Source: Nostoc sp. DedSLP01 (GTDB taxonomy: Bacteria > Cyanobacteriota > Cyanobacteriia > Cyanobacteriales > Nostocaceae). From it: a stretch of DNA of 64,000 nucleotides. The translations under genes and the position numbers were made by a program. The stretch lies in assembly GCA_034530875.2 (NCBI GenBank), contig JAVRCJ020000019.1, forward strand, positions 104,410 through 168,409, written 5' to 3'. Each line of letters begins with the position of its first letter. Position 1 is the first letter of the stretch. The notes under the pieces were generated by a model. That model worked only from the letters and a program-made list of their open reading frames with translations, had not been told where the DNA came from and ran no database searches. Of this stretch, positions 18,868-29,447 are shown piece after piece.

Positions 18868-19611
18868 ATGAGCATACAACATCCCGAAGTTAATGTTAGT
18901 CGCAGAAATTTATTGAAGTTGGGTGCAGGTGCTATTGGTACAGGGGTAATGACAGTTGGACTTGGTTCCAACTTGGTTGCACCCGAACAATCTTTAGCAC
19001 AACAACCTCCGGCAAAAGAACCTGCAAAAGAAGATGAAATAACACCTGATAAAGCATTGCAAGAATTACTAGATGGAAACGATCGCTTTGTTAAAAGCAA
19101 ACGTAAAAATCCCAACCAAAGTTATTCGCGTTTAGCTGAAGTTGCCAAAGGGCAAAAACCCTTTGCTTCTATTCTAGGTTGTGCAGATTCACGAGTTCCT
19201 TCTGAGATTATTTTTGACCAAGGGCTGGGAGATTTATTTGTTTGCCGTGTAGCTGGTAATATTGCGACTACAGAAGAAATTGGTAGCCTAGAGTTTGGCA
19301 GTTTAGTATTAGGTACGAAAGTAATTTTCGTAGTGGGGCATGAAAGATGCGGCGCTGTAGATGCCACAATCAAAGGCGCTCAAGTACCAGGTAGAATTGG
19401 TAGTTTGATTGAGGCAATCAGACTAGGTGTAGAAAGGTCTAAAAATCAACCAGGCGATAAACTAGAAAATGCTTGTAAGGCCAATGTTTTAGTGCAAGTT
19501 GAAACATTGAAATCATCGTCAGTTTTATCCGAGCTGATCGATGCAGGAAAACTCAAGATAGTCGGTGGTTACTACGATTTGGATACTGGTAGAGTCACCC
19601 TGGTCGGTTAG
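18868..19611 (+). CDS. Beta-class carbonic anhydrase with twin-arginine signal (EcaB-like)
   Basis: SRRNLLK Tat motif plus hydrophobic stretch; CADSR and GHERCGA zinc ligands; GDLFVCRVAGN. Confidence 0.9.
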   Translation: MSIQHPEVNVSRRNLLKLGAGAIGTGVMTVGLGSNLVAPEQSLAQQPPAKEPAKEDEITPDKALQELLDGNDRFVKSKRKNPNQSYSRLAEVAKGQKPFASILGCADSRVPSEIIFDQGLGDLFVCRVAGNIATTEEIGSLEFGSLVLGTKVIFVVGHERCGAVDATIKGAQVPGRIGSLIEAIRLGVERSKNQPGDKLENACKANVLVQVETLKSSSVLSELIDAGKLKIVGGYYDLDTGRVTLVG

Positions 19612-19722
19612 TTTTTTCATCCATAGTCATCGGTCGTTATTTAATAAATAAAGAATAATCGATCGATGACTATGGATAAATAACAACAGACAAATGATAA
19701 AAAACAAAGGGCAAAAATTATC

Positions 19723-21222
19723 ATGTTAAGTATTTTAATTTGGTTACCAATAATTGCTGCTATTTTCATAGCAATATTACCTGTAAATATTCCTAAGCAT
19801 CGCATCAGGTTAGCAGCATTATACTTGTCTGGGCTAGTTTTTTTATGGAACATTATTATCTTACTGAAGTTTGATATTACAAACCCAGGGATGCAATTTA
19901 AAGAATATTTACCGTGGAATGAAACCCTTGGGTTGAGCTATCAATTAGGTGTTGATGGGCTTTCTATATTAATGTTGGTGTTAAATAGCCTGCTCACCTG
20001 GATTTCTATTTACAGCAGCAGTAAAGAAACCGAACGTCCCCGGCTGTTTTACTCGATGGTTTTATTAGTGAGTGGAGGAGTTGCAGGTGCTTTCTTAGCA
20101 GAAAATCTGCTGTTATTCTTCCTATTCTACGAACTAGAATTAATTCCCTTCTACTTACTAATCTCGATTTGGGGAGGGGAAAAACGGGCTTATGCCGGAA
20201 TTAAATTCCTGATTTATACTGCTGTTTCCGGAGCATTAATTCTGGCAACATTCTTAGGGATGGTATGGTTGAGTGGTTCTACCAATTTTAGTTTTGATGC
20301 ATTCTCTACAGCAAACCTTTCAACAACCAAGCAAATCCTTTTATTAGCAGGAATAGTTTTAGGTTTTGGTATCAAAATTCCCTTGGTTCCCTTCCATACT
20401 TGGTTACCTGATGCTTACGTTGAAGCTTCAGCACCAATTGCGATGCTTTTGGGTGGCGTGTTGGCAAAGCTGGGAACTTATGGACTGTTGCGATTTGGGT
20501 TGGGTATGTTTCCCCAAGCTTGGAGTACTATTGCACCGACTTTAGCAATTTGGGGAGCAGTCAGCGCTATTTATGGGGCAGTAATTGCGATCGCTCAAAA
20601 AGATATCAAGCGCATGGTAGCATATAGCTCCATCGGTCACATGGGTTATGTATTGCTAGCTAGTGCCGCCAGCACTCCCCTAGCACTCGTTGGTGCAGTC
20701 GCCCAAATGTTCAGCCACGGTATCATCCTGGCAATTCTCTTTCATTTGGTGGGAGTCGTGGAAGCCAAAGTCGGGACCCGCGAGTTAGATAAACTCAATG
20801 GTTTGATGAGTCCCATCCGTGGTTTACCTTTAATTAGCGCCTTACTAGTTTTAAGCGGTATGGCTAGCGCAGGTATTCCCGGTTTAACAGGATTTGTCGC
20901 TGAATTTATCGTCTTTCAAGGCAGCTTTTCTGTCTTTCCTCTCTCAACAATTTTGTGTGTAGTAGCTAGTGGCTTAACCGCAGTTTATTTTGTGATTCTT
21001 CTCAACCGTACCTGTTTTGGCAGACTTGATAACTTAGCTTACTATCCCAAAGTCCTTTGGTCTGAGAAAATACCAGCTTTAATTTTGGCAGTTTTCATCA
21101 TCTTTTTGGGAATACAACCCACTTGGTTAGTACGTTGGAGTGAAACCACAACTACAACAATGGTAGCTGCAATTCAACCCATAGAAAAAACGACAAATTC
21201 TCAAGTAGCAGGGAATTATTAA
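19723..21222 (+). CDS. ndhD3: NDH-1 subunit D3
   Basis: NuoM-like LGVDGLS, FYELELIP, KIPLVPFHTWLPDAY, KRMVAYSSIGHMG; lies between ndhF3 and cupA. Confidence 0.92.
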   Translation: MLSILIWLPIIAAIFIAILPVNIPKHRIRLAALYLSGLVFLWNIIILLKFDITNPGMQFKEYLPWNETLGLSYQLGVDGLSILMLVLNSLLTWISIYSSSKETERPRLFYSMVLLVSGGVAGAFLAENLLLFFLFYELELIPFYLLISIWGGEKRAYAGIKFLIYTAVSGALILATFLGMVWLSGSTNFSFDAFSTANLSTTKQILLLAGIVLGFGIKIPLVPFHTWLPDAYVEASAPIAMLLGGVLAKLGTYGLLRFGLGMFPQAWSTIAPTLAIWGAVSAIYGAVIAIAQKDIKRMVAYSSIGHMGYVLLASAASTPLALVGAVAQMFSHGIILAILFHLVGVVEAKVGTRELDKLNGLMSPIRGLPLISALLVLSGMASAGIPGLTGFVAEFIVFQGSFSVFPLSTILCVVASGLTAVYFVILLNRTCFGRLDNLAYYPKVLWSEKIPALILAVFIIFLGIQPTWLVRWSETTTTTMVAAIQPIEKTTNSQVAGNY

Positions 21223-21443
21223 GAGGAGTCAGAATTCAGAATTCAGAATATTCTTCAGAGGAGAAGTTTTAATTAGGAATAATGTTTAAAATTTGTCTCA
21301 CCTACCAGCAGGAAGATTTTAAACCAATATTTAAAACTTAGCCTCTCACCTAGTTTGACAGAATGCTGAATTCTGAATCCTGAGTTCTAAATTCTTTTTC
21401 ATATTATTTAGTCAAGAATTAATAACACCAATTAACAACCACC

Positions 21444-22757
21444 ATGACAGCAGTTCAAACAGCTACTAGTATTAAATTACCTCCTTCCACGCATGAATTT
21501 GCTGAAGTAATTCATCGTCTAGAAGCAGGCGGTGCAATGTTACCCGATACCCCAGAAAATTTGATGCAAATTATCGGGTTATACAAAGCTTATGCTGTGC
21601 CAATGGATTTTTATTGGCGTGACTTACTTTATATTGCCGAAAATGTATTTTTAGACCCCTTACCTTTCTTTAAATACTTCTTGCCCGAAGAGTATTTAGA
21701 CAGACACAATCATTACGCTGGTGATGATGCCGATTTACGAATTTGGCGCGGCGAAGCTACAGCCCACCCAGAACTTTTGGCATTTATGGAGAAAGGTGAA
21801 ACTTTCAAAATGCCCAAGTTATTGCATCATTTATTCCACGATCGCATTAACATGGAATTTGCCGAAGCTTGTATGCGGGCGATGTTGTGGCACCGGGGTA
21901 TGGGCGGGCAATTTGACCCTTACCTAGATTCCGACGAATACAAAGCCAACGCTGATAGGGCAATTAAAGCTTACTTCCAAGGCAACCCAGCAATGTTGGG
22001 ACTTTACAAACTGTTCCCCGATATGTTTTTGGAACAGTGCCGCCAGATGTCATACTACGCTAATTTGGGTTTGTTCTGGGAAGTAATGGCGCCGGTGTTT
22101 TTTGAAATGTCCGACCGCTACGACGAAGGCACTATTAGCAGCGTCCCAGAGGCGATGAACTTCTTAGTTAATGGTATATTTGCGATCGCAGGTCGCCCAA
22201 TTTACCATCACGTTTATATTCGTGGCGAATGCTACGAAATTATCCCCAAATCTAAGGGTTTCATGTGGCTATATGAAGCAGCATTACCTTATGTGGAAGC
22301 TGTTTTCTACCGCACCGCACCTTTTAGAGGTACAAAATCTTATAATGCCCAAGCGCGTCAAGTACCAGAAGACCAAAAAGACTTTCACTTTGGCATTCTT
22401 TACGCCGATGTCTTTCCAGTAGGTACTGCTGGCATTCCCCCAACATTATTAATGCAAGATATGTTGCATTTTTTACCACCATATCTTGTTGATTATTACA
22501 AGCAACATTGTCGGGGTGAAGAAGATATGTTGATTCAGTTGGGAGTTAGTTTTCAACGTTCAATGTATTGTGTAACTTCTGCGGTAATTCAAGCTTTACG
22601 AACTGCGCTTTTATATCCTTTAGATGACCCCAATCCCAAACATTTACAAGCTAATAGACAATTCTTTGAAATGCAGCTAAATCGCTTTACTCGCTCTGAA
22701 TATAATATTCGCGATGCTGCACGTTTGGGGAGTATTCAAAGGCAAGATTATCGATAA
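21444..22757 (+). CDS. cupA: CO2 hydration protein CupA (ChpY)
   Basis: LEAGGAMLPDTPENLMQIIG, DRINMEFAEACM, FRGTKSYNAQA, GIPPTLLMQDM. The 437 aa length fits CupA. Confidence 0.93.
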   Translation: MTAVQTATSIKLPPSTHEFAEVIHRLEAGGAMLPDTPENLMQIIGLYKAYAVPMDFYWRDLLYIAENVFLDPLPFFKYFLPEEYLDRHNHYAGDDADLRIWRGEATAHPELLAFMEKGETFKMPKLLHHLFHDRINMEFAEACMRAMLWHRGMGGQFDPYLDSDEYKANADRAIKAYFQGNPAMLGLYKLFPDMFLEQCRQMSYYANLGLFWEVMAPVFFEMSDRYDEGTISSVPEAMNFLVNGIFAIAGRPIYHHVYIRGECYEIIPKSKGFMWLYEAALPYVEAVFYRTAPFRGTKSYNAQARQVPEDQKDFHFGILYADVFPVGTAGIPPTLLMQDMLHFLPPYLVDYYKQHCRGEEDMLIQLGVSFQRSMYCVTSAVIQALRTALLYPLDDPNPKHLQANRQFFEMQLNRFTRSEYNIRDAARLGSIQRQDYR

Positions 22758-22770
22758 GAGATCCCCCCAA

Positions 22771-22800
22771 CCCCCCTTTTCAAAGGGGGCTTTATTTTTT
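22771..22800 (+). terminator. Rho-independent terminator / CCCCCTT-AAGGGGG palindrome after cupA
   Basis: cccccttttcaaagggggc followed by a T-rich tail. Confidence 0.6.
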
Positions 22801-22862
22801 ACATTAATAAAGCGAACTTAATTTTCTTAGCTGTAAAAATAAGTCTTATCGCTATAAAATTA

Positions 22863-25800
22863 CTAAATACTCGTCAACTCCATAATTTTTTCAAACTGAA
22901 AATTCTCAGCTAAATCGATGAGGCAATTTCGCAGCGCATCATTTTCATTAGGTATTTGCTCAATCAATTCTAAAATTAGGTCATCGCTGCATTGAGCTGC
23001 GGCGTTGTATATTTGTTGCGCCCATTCAGATGACATTGCAGATATCAAAGGAGCTAATTCTGTAAACGGCAAAATTGATTTTGCTGCCTCTTTTTTGCGA
23101 TTACCTATCTGATTAGTTGTTTCTTGATAAATATATTTAACTCCTAAATATTCGCTGATTTTTTCCAGTAGTTCTTCCTCACGGAAAGGCTTATTAATAA
23201 AATCATCGCAACCTGCTTTGATAATTGCTTCTCGTTGTTCCTCAAAAGCATGAGCAGTTAAGGCAATTATTATGGTTTTGCGATTTTGAATTGTCGATCG
23301 CATCTTTGCCGTGCTGAGAGTACAACTGAGATTTTCGATGATGGTTTTTTCTCTGGTTTTAATTTGTTTTGTGGCTTCGTAGCCGTCCATAATCGGCATT
23401 CGCATATCCATGAATATCAGGTGTGGTTGCCATTGCTGCCAAATTGCGATCGCTTCTTCGCCATTTGTAGCTTCTTTGACAACAAAACCAATGCATGTGA
23501 GGATTTTTAGCAGTACCAAACGGCTATCTGTAGCATCATCAACTATTAAAATTCGGTATTCTTTTTGAGCAGATGCTAAACTGCAAACTCGCCGTTTAAT
23601 TTCTTTAATATGTACTTCACTAGCTGCGGCTAAGCAAATTTGCACATCAAAGCTAAATGTACTTCCCTCGCCCACAGTGCTGATAACACTAATATCTCCC
23701 CCCATTAGTTGCACGTATTTGCGACTAATTGCTAAACCCAGCCCCGTCCCCTGTTGCGATTTTCTACCGGTTTCAGTTTGCCCAAAAGCTTGAAACAACA
23801 AGTTAATTTCTTCTGGGGCAATACCGCAACCAGTATCTTGAATCTCGAAGTAGAGATGGGCATTGGGGAGGCAGTGCGTTGCGGGGGTTCCCACGCCACT
23901 TGCTTCAAGCCGGGAAACCCGTCCAACGCAGTGGCTCCCCGTTGTAGCAACTGCCGTCATTGGGCAAGCAGGGAGTGTGGGAGGTGTGGGGGGATGGGGA
24001 AGAAATCTTTCCCCCCTCTCTCCCCACACTTCCCCATCTCCCTTTGTCCCCTTGTTCCCTTGTCCGCAAGTCCTCATCCCCACTCGCAGGGTAACCCTGC
24101 CAGTCTCGGTAAACTTAATTGCATTCCCTAAGAGGTTGAGCAAGATTTGGCGCAGTTTACTTTCGTCGGCTTGGATATATTGGGGGAGGTTAGATGTATA
24201 TTCAAAGACCAATTCTAATCCTTTGGAGGTGGCGCGGAAACGCAACATTTCTTCGAGGTTTTCCAAAAGGTGAATTAAGTCAAAATTATTGAGATTTAAT
24301 GTAATTCTGCCAGCTTCGATTTTAGACATTTCTAGAATGTCATTAATTAAGTTGAGCAGATGTTCGCCGGCACGATTGATAATTGCTAGGTTTTGTTGAT
24401 GTTCGCTAGATAAACCTTTATCGTGGCTCATGAGTTGGGTAAAACCCAGGATGGCGTTGAGGGGGGTACGCAGTTCGTGACTCATGTTGGCGAGAAATTC
24501 GGTTTTGGCGCGGTTAGCAGCATCAGCAATAATCGCTGCTTCTTGCAGTGCTTGTGACTGCTTTTGCATTTGTGCCAGCAGTTGCGCCTGCTGCAAAGCA
24601 ACTGCCAACTGATTGCTTATTTGAACTACGATGTTGACTTCTTCTGGCTTCCATTGGCGGATATCGGAATTTTGATAACTCGCTAGTAAGCCCCAAAGGC
24701 GATCGCCAGATAAAATAGGCACAATGATGTAAGCTTTGGCCTGAAAGCGTTCCAAGAGTTTGATATCAGCTGAATCAAGCCCAGCATTATAGATGTCTGG
24801 AACGCAACAAAAACTAGCATCTTGCGTGTATACACCTTGAAAAAAAGCATCTTGCTTTTCTGGCGGGTGGAAGATTTTCATTAGGGAACCGCCATTTTCT
24901 AAGATATCTTCTGCCAGATGAGGATCGTTTTGTTGTTCTTCCAGCAGAGAAATCCAACCCTCTGCTACTGACTCAGAGATAAATTTGCCACTGCACTGAG
25001 TTTGGAAACGATAGACAACAATGCGATCGCAATTTAATACTTGGCGTAATTCTTGGGTTGTCGCTGCAAATATCGTCTCTAAATCGAGTGTTTGGCGCAT
25101 TCTTTGAATGACTTGAGCGATCGCTTTTTCCCGTTCTGCACTCTCACGCAAGGCTTCTTCTGCTAATTTTCTCTCGGTAATATCCGTAATCATACCGATG
25201 TAGCCTTTAATTTCTCCATCGTCTCCAGATTCGGGCAAAGCCTGACAAATCACCCAGACGATGGTGCCGTTTTTATGCACGAAGCGATGTTCGTACTTAT
25301 ACTCTCTACCGTCTGCTGTTGCTTGATTCCATGTTAGTAACAGCTGCTCGAGGTCATCTGGATGCACTGCATTTGTCCAACCCTTCCCCAGAGATTCCTG
25401 GAGGGTGCAACCAGTAATTTCACCCCAGCGTTGATTAAAATACAGTATATTGCCATTGATATGGGTATAAAAGATACAAGCTGGCGAAGCTTCTGCTAAA
25501 AGTTCATATCGCTGCCTGCCTTCTTGCACGGCGAATTCTGCCAACTTGCGATCGGTGATGTCTGCCCAATAACCAACGCATTCTATTGGGTTATCAGCTT
25601 CGTCACGAATTAACCTCATCTTTTCATAGAACCAGCGATAAGTTCCGTCAGCGTGTAGCCAACGATACTCATAAGATTTGTACTCCTGTTCTATTAGCTG
25701 GGAAAATTTTCTCGAGATCAGTTCCACATCTTCTGGGTGGACGCGATCGAGCCAAAAACTGGAATTCTCAATAAATTGCTCGGCTTCGTAGCCAACCATT

Positions 25801-27917
25801 GCTTTGACGTTTTTACTAATAAAAGTAGTGCTAAAATCCCCTGATGTTTTGCTGCTATAAATAACTACGGGACTAGAAGTGAGCAAATATTGCAAACGTT
25901 CGTTTGCTAAACCTAATTCTTGTTCGACGCGTTTGCGCTCAATTAACCCACCTAATTGAGCCGCAACAGCACTGACTAAAAACAGCAAACGCCGATCTAC
26001 TAATACCGAGCTGCGTTTAAAAAACACTAAAACAGCTAATACTTGCTTGCCAGAAAGTATAGGAACGCCAAAACCAGCTTTTAATCCCACATTTGCGGCT
26101 TGTTGCGATCGCAAAAAAATCGGCTCTGCTACTTCGGAAACATCTTCTATCCATTCTGGTTCTTGGTTGTGCCAAATTCGCCCTGGTAGTCCGGCTCCGA
26201 AAGCAAATTTAATCGTTTTGCTTTGGCGACAAAATTCTTCTAAACTATCTTCACCTCCATACCAACCCAGACTGTGTTCTAAAAGGGCATTATTTTCATT
26301 CGGTATCCAAGCTTCGCCAAAATCCCAACCAATGGTTTGACAAATTAAGCGCAATACCACTGTTAAAGCATTGTTAACATCACTGGCACGAGTGATGGCT
26401 TGGGTTGTTAAGAGCAACAAACGGCTTTCATTTTCTGCTTGCTTGCGTTCGGTAATATCTTTGGCTGTGCCGAGTACGTACCCTTGTCCGTCAATGTCGA
26501 TCATTTCGGCACTAAACAATGTCGTCCTAATTTCTCCCGAACAAGTGCGAACATCAACTTCATGATTGCGGATGGCTTTTGTTTGCTCGAGGGTATTGCT
26601 GAGGAGATGATATTCTTCTGGATTCACCCAAATATTCAATTCTTCATCGGTGCGATCAATTACTTGAGAACGAGAATAGCCAAAAAACCGACAAAAGCTG
26701 TCGTTAACTTCGATATAACGTCTGTCAGGAACGGTAATTAAAGCAATTGGGTCGGGAGATGAGCGAAAAGCTGATGCCAATTTTTTTTCGGAAGCGCGTC
26801 GTGCCGCTTCTGCACGTCGGCGCGAACGTACTTCTAGTACCAGAGAAACTAAATTGCCTAAAGAACGAGCAAAATTCTGGTCTTCTAATGTCCAAGAATG
26901 CACGCCTCCCACTGCTTCCAAACATAAAACTCCTACTGTCTTACCCTCCAGCCTGATTGGTGTATGAAGGATGGAGGTGATATTTAATCTGGAGTAAGGC
27001 GTCGAAAATTCTTTAGTTCTGGGGTCGATGTGGGCATTATCTGCCGCAATTGCTTGGTTTTGCTCCAGCGCTGCAAAATAAGCCGGATAGTCGGCTGCTG
27101 ATAAAATAAATCCTTCGCTATGTCGATCGTGACTCGCGTGAAATAGTTCGAGGCACTCGATTTTCGTCCTTGTTTCGTCATAAAGCCAAACGCTGGCTCG
27201 TTCTACTCCAATATTTTGAGTAGCTGTTTGTGCGATCGCACTTAAGGCTGCTTTCAAATCCCCCTGATAAAGCGTTTGATTCTGTGCTAATTGTGTTAGT
27301 ACTAAATTGTGAGTGCGCAGCTTAATAGCGCTTTCTTGGAGTACTTTTTCTACTGCTAAGTGGCGATACCCACTTTCGCTTTTATCCAAGCTAGCTTCGG
27401 CTAAAAGGCGTTCCCTTGTAGAAGTTTTGTTAACGCTAATTTCTGGAAAAATCTCTTCTATTTGTTTGCTACGAATATTTAACTCAACTGTCAACCTTTG
27501 ACGTTCTTGAATTTCTTTTTTTAACTCTTTTTTTAGCTTTTGGATAGTTAGTTGATTTTGTACGCGTAATAGAACTTCTTGTGGTTGGCATGGTTGAGTA
27601 ATATAATCAATATCGTTAAAATCAAAAATGTTAATATTTTTTGATAAAATATCTGGAAATCCAAAAAAGATTATCGAAATATCATGAGTTTTTTGGTGAG
27701 TTTTCAGATAATGGCAAACTTGATAACCATCCATGTCTGCCATGCTAATTTTTAGTAAAATCAAATCGGGAACAGAAGCAACGGCTTGATTAATTGCCAG
27801 TTTTCCAGAAACCAGAGTTTGTATTTGATAACCTTGAGCTTTCAAGATATTTGAAAAAAAATCTAAATTTTCTAAATTATCGTCAACCAATAAGATTCTA
27901 ATTTTTTGATTATCCAT
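22863..27917 (-). CDS. Multi-sensor hybrid histidine kinase (pseudo-REC, GAF, PAS, GAF, PAS, PAS, GAF, HisKA, HATPase, REC)
   Basis: FLANMSHELRTPLN (H box), LLNLLGNAIKFT, DTGCGI, GTGLGL; C-terminal REC LIFMDMRMP; several PAS (DITERK) and GAF segments. Start set at ATG 27917. Confidence 0.9.
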   Translation of the reverse strand: MDNQKIRILLVDDNLENLDFFSNILKAQGYQIQTLVSGKLAINQAVASVPDLILLKISMADMDGYQVCHYLKTHQKTHDISIIFFGFPDILSKNINIFDFNDIDYITQPCQPQEVLLRVQNQLTIQKLKKELKKEIQERQRLTVELNIRSKQIEEIFPEISVNKTSTRERLLAEASLDKSESGYRHLAVEKVLQESAIKLRTHNLVLTQLAQNQTLYQGDLKAALSAIAQTATQNIGVERASVWLYDETRTKIECLELFHASHDRHSEGFILSAADYPAYFAALEQNQAIAADNAHIDPRTKEFSTPYSRLNITSILHTPIRLEGKTVGVLCLEAVGGVHSWTLEDQNFARSLGNLVSLVLEVRSRRRAEAARRASEKKLASAFRSSPDPIALITVPDRRYIEVNDSFCRFFGYSRSQVIDRTDEELNIWVNPEEYHLLSNTLEQTKAIRNHEVDVRTCSGEIRTTLFSAEMIDIDGQGYVLGTAKDITERKQAENESRLLLLTTQAITRASDVNNALTVVLRLICQTIGWDFGEAWIPNENNALLEHSLGWYGGEDSLEEFCRQSKTIKFAFGAGLPGRIWHNQEPEWIEDVSEVAEPIFLRSQQAANVGLKAGFGVPILSGKQVLAVLVFFKRSSVLVDRRLLFLVSAVAAQLGGLIERKRVEQELGLANERLQYLLTSSPVVIYSSKTSGDFSTTFISKNVKAMVGYEAEQFIENSSFWLDRVHPEDVELISRKFSQLIEQEYKSYEYRWLHADGTYRWFYEKMRLIRDEADNPIECVGYWADITDRKLAEFAVQEGRQRYELLAEASPACIFYTHINGNILYFNQRWGEITGCTLQESLGKGWTNAVHPDDLEQLLLTWNQATADGREYKYEHRFVHKNGTIVWVICQALPESGDDGEIKGYIGMITDITERKLAEEALRESAEREKAIAQVIQRMRQTLDLETIFAATTQELRQVLNCDRIVVYRFQTQCSGKFISESVAEGWISLLEEQQNDPHLAEDILENGGSLMKIFHPPEKQDAFFQGVYTQDASFCCVPDIYNAGLDSADIKLLERFQAKAYIIVPILSGDRLWGLLASYQNSDIRQWKPEEVNIVVQISNQLAVALQQAQLLAQMQKQSQALQEAAIIADAANRAKTEFLANMSHELRTPLNAILGFTQLMSHDKGLSSEHQQNLAIINRAGEHLLNLINDILEMSKIEAGRITLNLNNFDLIHLLENLEEMLRFRATSKGLELVFEYTSNLPQYIQADESKLRQILLNLLGNAIKFTETGRVTLRVGMRTCGQGNKGTKGDGEVWGERGERFLPHPPTPPTLPACPMTAVATTGSHCVGRVSRLEASGVGTPATHCLPNAHLYFEIQDTGCGIAPEEINLLFQAFGQTETGRKSQQGTGLGLAISRKYVQLMGGDISVISTVGEGSTFSFDVQICLAAASEVHIKEIKRRVCSLASAQKEYRILIVDDATDSRLVLLKILTCIGFVVKEATNGEEAIAIWQQWQPHLIFMDMRMPIMDGYEATKQIKTREKTIIENLSCTLSTAKMRSTIQNRKTIIIALTAHAFEEQREAIIKAGCDDFINKPFREEELLEKISEYLGVKYIYQETTNQIGNRKKEAAKSILPFTELAPLISAMSSEWAQQIYNAAAQCSDDLILELIEQIPNENDALRNCLIDLAENFQFEKIMELTSI
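23860..24085. repeat. In-frame insertion of nested short dispersed repeats plus STRR inside the kinase HATPase domain
   Basis: Outer gaggcagtgcgttgcgggggttccc...ccgttgtagcaactgccgt is interrupted by an inverted relative acgccacttgcttcaagccgggaaacccgtccaacgcagtggctcc. Flanked by cattggg repeats. Confidence 0.7.
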
Positions 27918-28299
27918 ATTAACGATTGATTTATTAATTAGCAATAATTTATGCAATTAAATTGAATCATAAATTACAAATTAAAGGTAAGATGAAAAAA
28001 TACCTCTCCAACATGGAAAATAGAGAAGCGATCGCTAAGCCCACGCTCCAGTAGGAGGCTAAGTGCAAAGCTACGAGCAATATGATTTACTCCTAGCTCT
28101 ACTTTCTAATCTCTATTGTCAAGACAACTGATTGCGGGAAAATCCCGCAGCCAAAGAAAAAACCTTTTAAACCTTAATTTCTACCCTCTACTCCCTATCT
28201 TTAAGACAGGTCTAGTATACCAAGGATATCGGATTAGTTCTAAATTCTGACTTTTGAATCTTGAATTTTAGATTTTGCTATTTTTTGTGATAAATAATC

Positions 28300-29109
28300 T
28301 CAATTGCGATCGAATTTTAACAATTCACTCATATTCAATAATTTTGGAGCCTCCTTGCTGACAATTAATGGTAGCTTCCCATCCCATTTTTGTATTGCTT
28401 GCCTTTGTAGTATTTGTGGAGTCAACCCATCACGTAATAATCTGTGTGCTTCAGCCTCTCCTCTGGCTAAATTGACTTTGGCCTCAGCCTCTTTTGTTGC
28501 TTTTAAAGCAATAAACTCTGCTCGCTTTGCTTCTTGTTCGGCAATTTGCTTGGCTTCTACAGCTTCACTAAATTGTTCTGAAAAATGAACGTGAACTAAA
28601 GAAATATCGTCAACTGCAACGTGATAGGTATTTAGTCTTGTAGTCAATGCAGCATCTACTTCAGCTTTAACCTCTCCCCGTTTAGTAATAATTTCCTCAG
28701 CAGTATATTTTGCCATTACTGCTTTTAATACTTCTTCAACTGCGGGATTAATAATTCGGTCAATAACATTTTTTTCGTCGCCGATTTGTTGATAAATAAC
28801 ATTTACTTCCTGAGGAATAATATGCCAATTTAAAGCCACATTTGTATAGACATTTTGTAAATCCTTAGAAGATACTTCAGCCGATATTTCCTGCTTTTGC
28901 ACTCTCACGCTTAATTTTTTAACAGTATTATATACAGGAACAATGAAGTGAATTCCTTCTCCTAATATCTCGTTCTCGACTTCGCCAAATTTCATCAAGA
29001 CCCCGCGTTCTCCTGCATTGATAATTACGCAAGGCGTGAGTAAGAGAGTTATCAAAAACAAAAGAGCAGTCAATTTACCAGCGCGGTTAAAATTTGTATT
29101 TTTGATCAT
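28300..29109 (-). CDS. Prohibitin / SPFH (band 7) family membrane protein
   Basis: N-terminal TM helix, GERGVLMKFG, EGIHF, SKDLQ, EAKQIAEQEA and KWDGKLP. Confidence 0.9.
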   Translation of the reverse strand: MIKNTNFNRAGKLTALLFLITLLLTPCVIINAGERGVLMKFGEVENEILGEGIHFIVPVYNTVKKLSVRVQKQEISAEVSSKDLQNVYTNVALNWHIIPQEVNVIYQQIGDEKNVIDRIINPAVEEVLKAVMAKYTAEEIITKRGEVKAEVDAALTTRLNTYHVAVDDISLVHVHFSEQFSEAVEAKQIAEQEAKRAEFIALKATKEAEAKVNLARGEAEAHRLLRDGLTPQILQRQAIQKWDGKLPLIVSKEAPKLLNMSELLKFDRN

Positions 29110-29447
29110 TTGTCTAAAACATTTATGCGTCTTGCATACAGACACATATTTATAATTTGTTTACTTCTTGTCGTCATGCTCTTATAACTTTGGCTCTAAG
29201 TCAATTTTTATTTCACTGTAGCCAAGGTCATAGAACAGTCTTGTCAAGAAATACTAAATCTCTCGGTGAGTCGTTAATTTATTCAATAAACTAAGTTTTA
29301 AATTTTGTATAAAAAAATATTAATAGCAGTTAGCGTGTAATTTGCTATCCAGCCTCAAAGATAATAAAGATAAGGGTAGCTTTACGTCTACCCTAAATAC
29401 TGTTATTTTACCGAAAAACCGTAGTATTTGAAAAGCTAAATTTATTT

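Noticed and set aside
23732..24273. Several overlapping short ORFs within the kinase
   Set aside because: They are artefacts of the GC-rich repeat insertion, which lacks stop codons.
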